64,000 nucleotides of DNA from Camelus ferus (Eukaryota): positions 36,830,001 through 36,894,000 of the forward strand of contig NC_045697.1 of the NCBI RefSeq assembly GCF_009834535.1. Reading direction: 5' to 3'. The position numbers and the translations under genes were made by a program. Numbering within the stretch: position 1 is the first letter of the stretch; each line of letters starts with the position of its first letter. The notes under the pieces were generated by a model, which ran no database searches, was not told the DNA's origin, and saw nothing but the letters and a program-made list of their open reading frames with translations. This document shows positions 62,830 through 64,000 of this stretch, piece by piece.

Positions 62830-64000
62830 GGACACATTCCATTCTGACCGCACCTCCCATCTTTTCAGCTCACTCTTTCTAGTACCCCTATTCCTGCCAT
62901 CCTTCTAAGCCATGTAGATCTCTAATCCATTTGGTCCTTCTCTCTCTTTCCTTGAGGTCCTATATTCTCTCCTGATTTGGCTCAAATTCTCTGGTCAACT
63001 GTCATGTTGTAATTACCCACATCAGAACCCTTGAGATCTGCTCCTTTCTCACTTTGCCACCCTTGCTTACCAAAACCATAACCCTGGCAAAACCCAGCTC
63101 TTCGCCTGCACCAGAATGGTTGAATATGCCTGGTGGAAGACTCATCTGTGCTGACTGGCCTCATTTTGAGTTTCTGATCATTAAGTGGGCCCTTAATACT
63201 GCCTGGCATTCATAACATGTTCCTCCAGTCCATTCATTCTCTTGTTCTCCCGGAGAACAAGTTCACACTGTCCTCTCTCCCTTTAGTCTCAGCTGATTAC
63301 TTTGCTTCCTACATCTCTGAGACATTTGAGAGAACCAGAAGAAAACTGCCAGAGACTCCCACACCCACATCTCCCCACCTACCAGCAGCTGAACTGGCGT
63401 CCTCTCTGCCTCCTTGCCTGCTGCCACAGAAGAATGCCCTGTGCGTCCACCTAGACCGGATCCCTCCACCTGCTCAGGCACATCCCTCTAGACTTAGACT
63501 TCTCTTTCCTGCATCATCAATATTCACTCAACTGGGTCACTCACACGACTGGATCATCAGCACACAGAGGCACTACTATTTCTTCTATAACTACCTTTTC
63601 CTCCTTTTCCATCCCCCCACCACTTCCAGTGATCTTTTAAAATATTGGTCAGACAGGCTCCACATTTCACTCTGGGTTCTGACCATGGCCTTCCCCAACC
63701 TGCTCTGTGGCTACTCCTCCCTCTCCAACCCACACTCGCTTCTCTCCTCTTTTCTCTCAAACATGCCTGGCATACTCCTGCTCTCTGGCATTTGTACTGG
63801 CTTTCCTTTGCCTAGAACACTGTCTCTAGATACCCACATGACTTACTCCCTCACCAACATCTAATCTTTGCTCAAGCATCACCTTCTCCCGTCTACTCTT
63901 GTCTATCCTATAGAAAATCGCAAGCCACTCCTACCCTCCAATATCCCCCAACTCTGCCTTTGGAACTCTTCCCTTCACTGCCGCCCTTAGCACATAGAAC
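62830..64000 (+). mobile_element. L2 (decayed ORF2 and 3' region), runs off the window end
   Basis: ctcagctgattactttgcttcctacatctctgag...caaacatgcctggcatactcctgctctctggcatttgtactggc...caagcatcaccttctc. Confidence 0.8.

Noticed and set aside
63217..63864. 215-aa ORF
   Set aside because: Lies in pyrimidine-rich decayed L2 with no intact reverse-transcriptase motifs
1..64000. CRISPR array, operon, defence system, intact provirus or other novel multi-gene system
   Set aside because: The DNA is mammalian and non-coding; I saw no regularly spaced repeats, gag/pol/env remnants or intact transposase

Overview
This is mammalian non-coding genomic DNA, most likely camelid (alpaca/llama/camel). It carries four Vic-1-type tRNA-derived SINEs and cetartiodactyl-type L1 3' ends, and I saw no Alu, BovB/Bov-tA or PRE-1. 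I found no host protein-coding exon; the only recognisable protein ORFs are broken L1 ORF2 C-termini. The window is dense in repeats: MIR, L2, L1 of several ages, solo LTRs (MER41-like, MLT1/MLT2, LTR16), DNA-transposon relics (Arthur1 with both ends and TSD, MER82, MER46C x2, MER20, MER3, MER5) and a full-length U6 snRNA retrocopy. The main non-repeat signals are a CpG-rich promoter-like region at about 47.8-49.3 kb that best fits a minus-strand non-coding first exon, a divergent CTCF-like motif pair at 32.3-32.4 kb, and enhancer-like motif clusters at about 52.6 kb and 61.9 kb. L1 and LTR orientation bias suggests the window lies in an intron of a minus-strand gene that I cannot name. I see no supportable evidence for a novel biological system. 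Repeat family names come from recalled consensus sequences, not a database search, and boundaries of old repeats are approximate.
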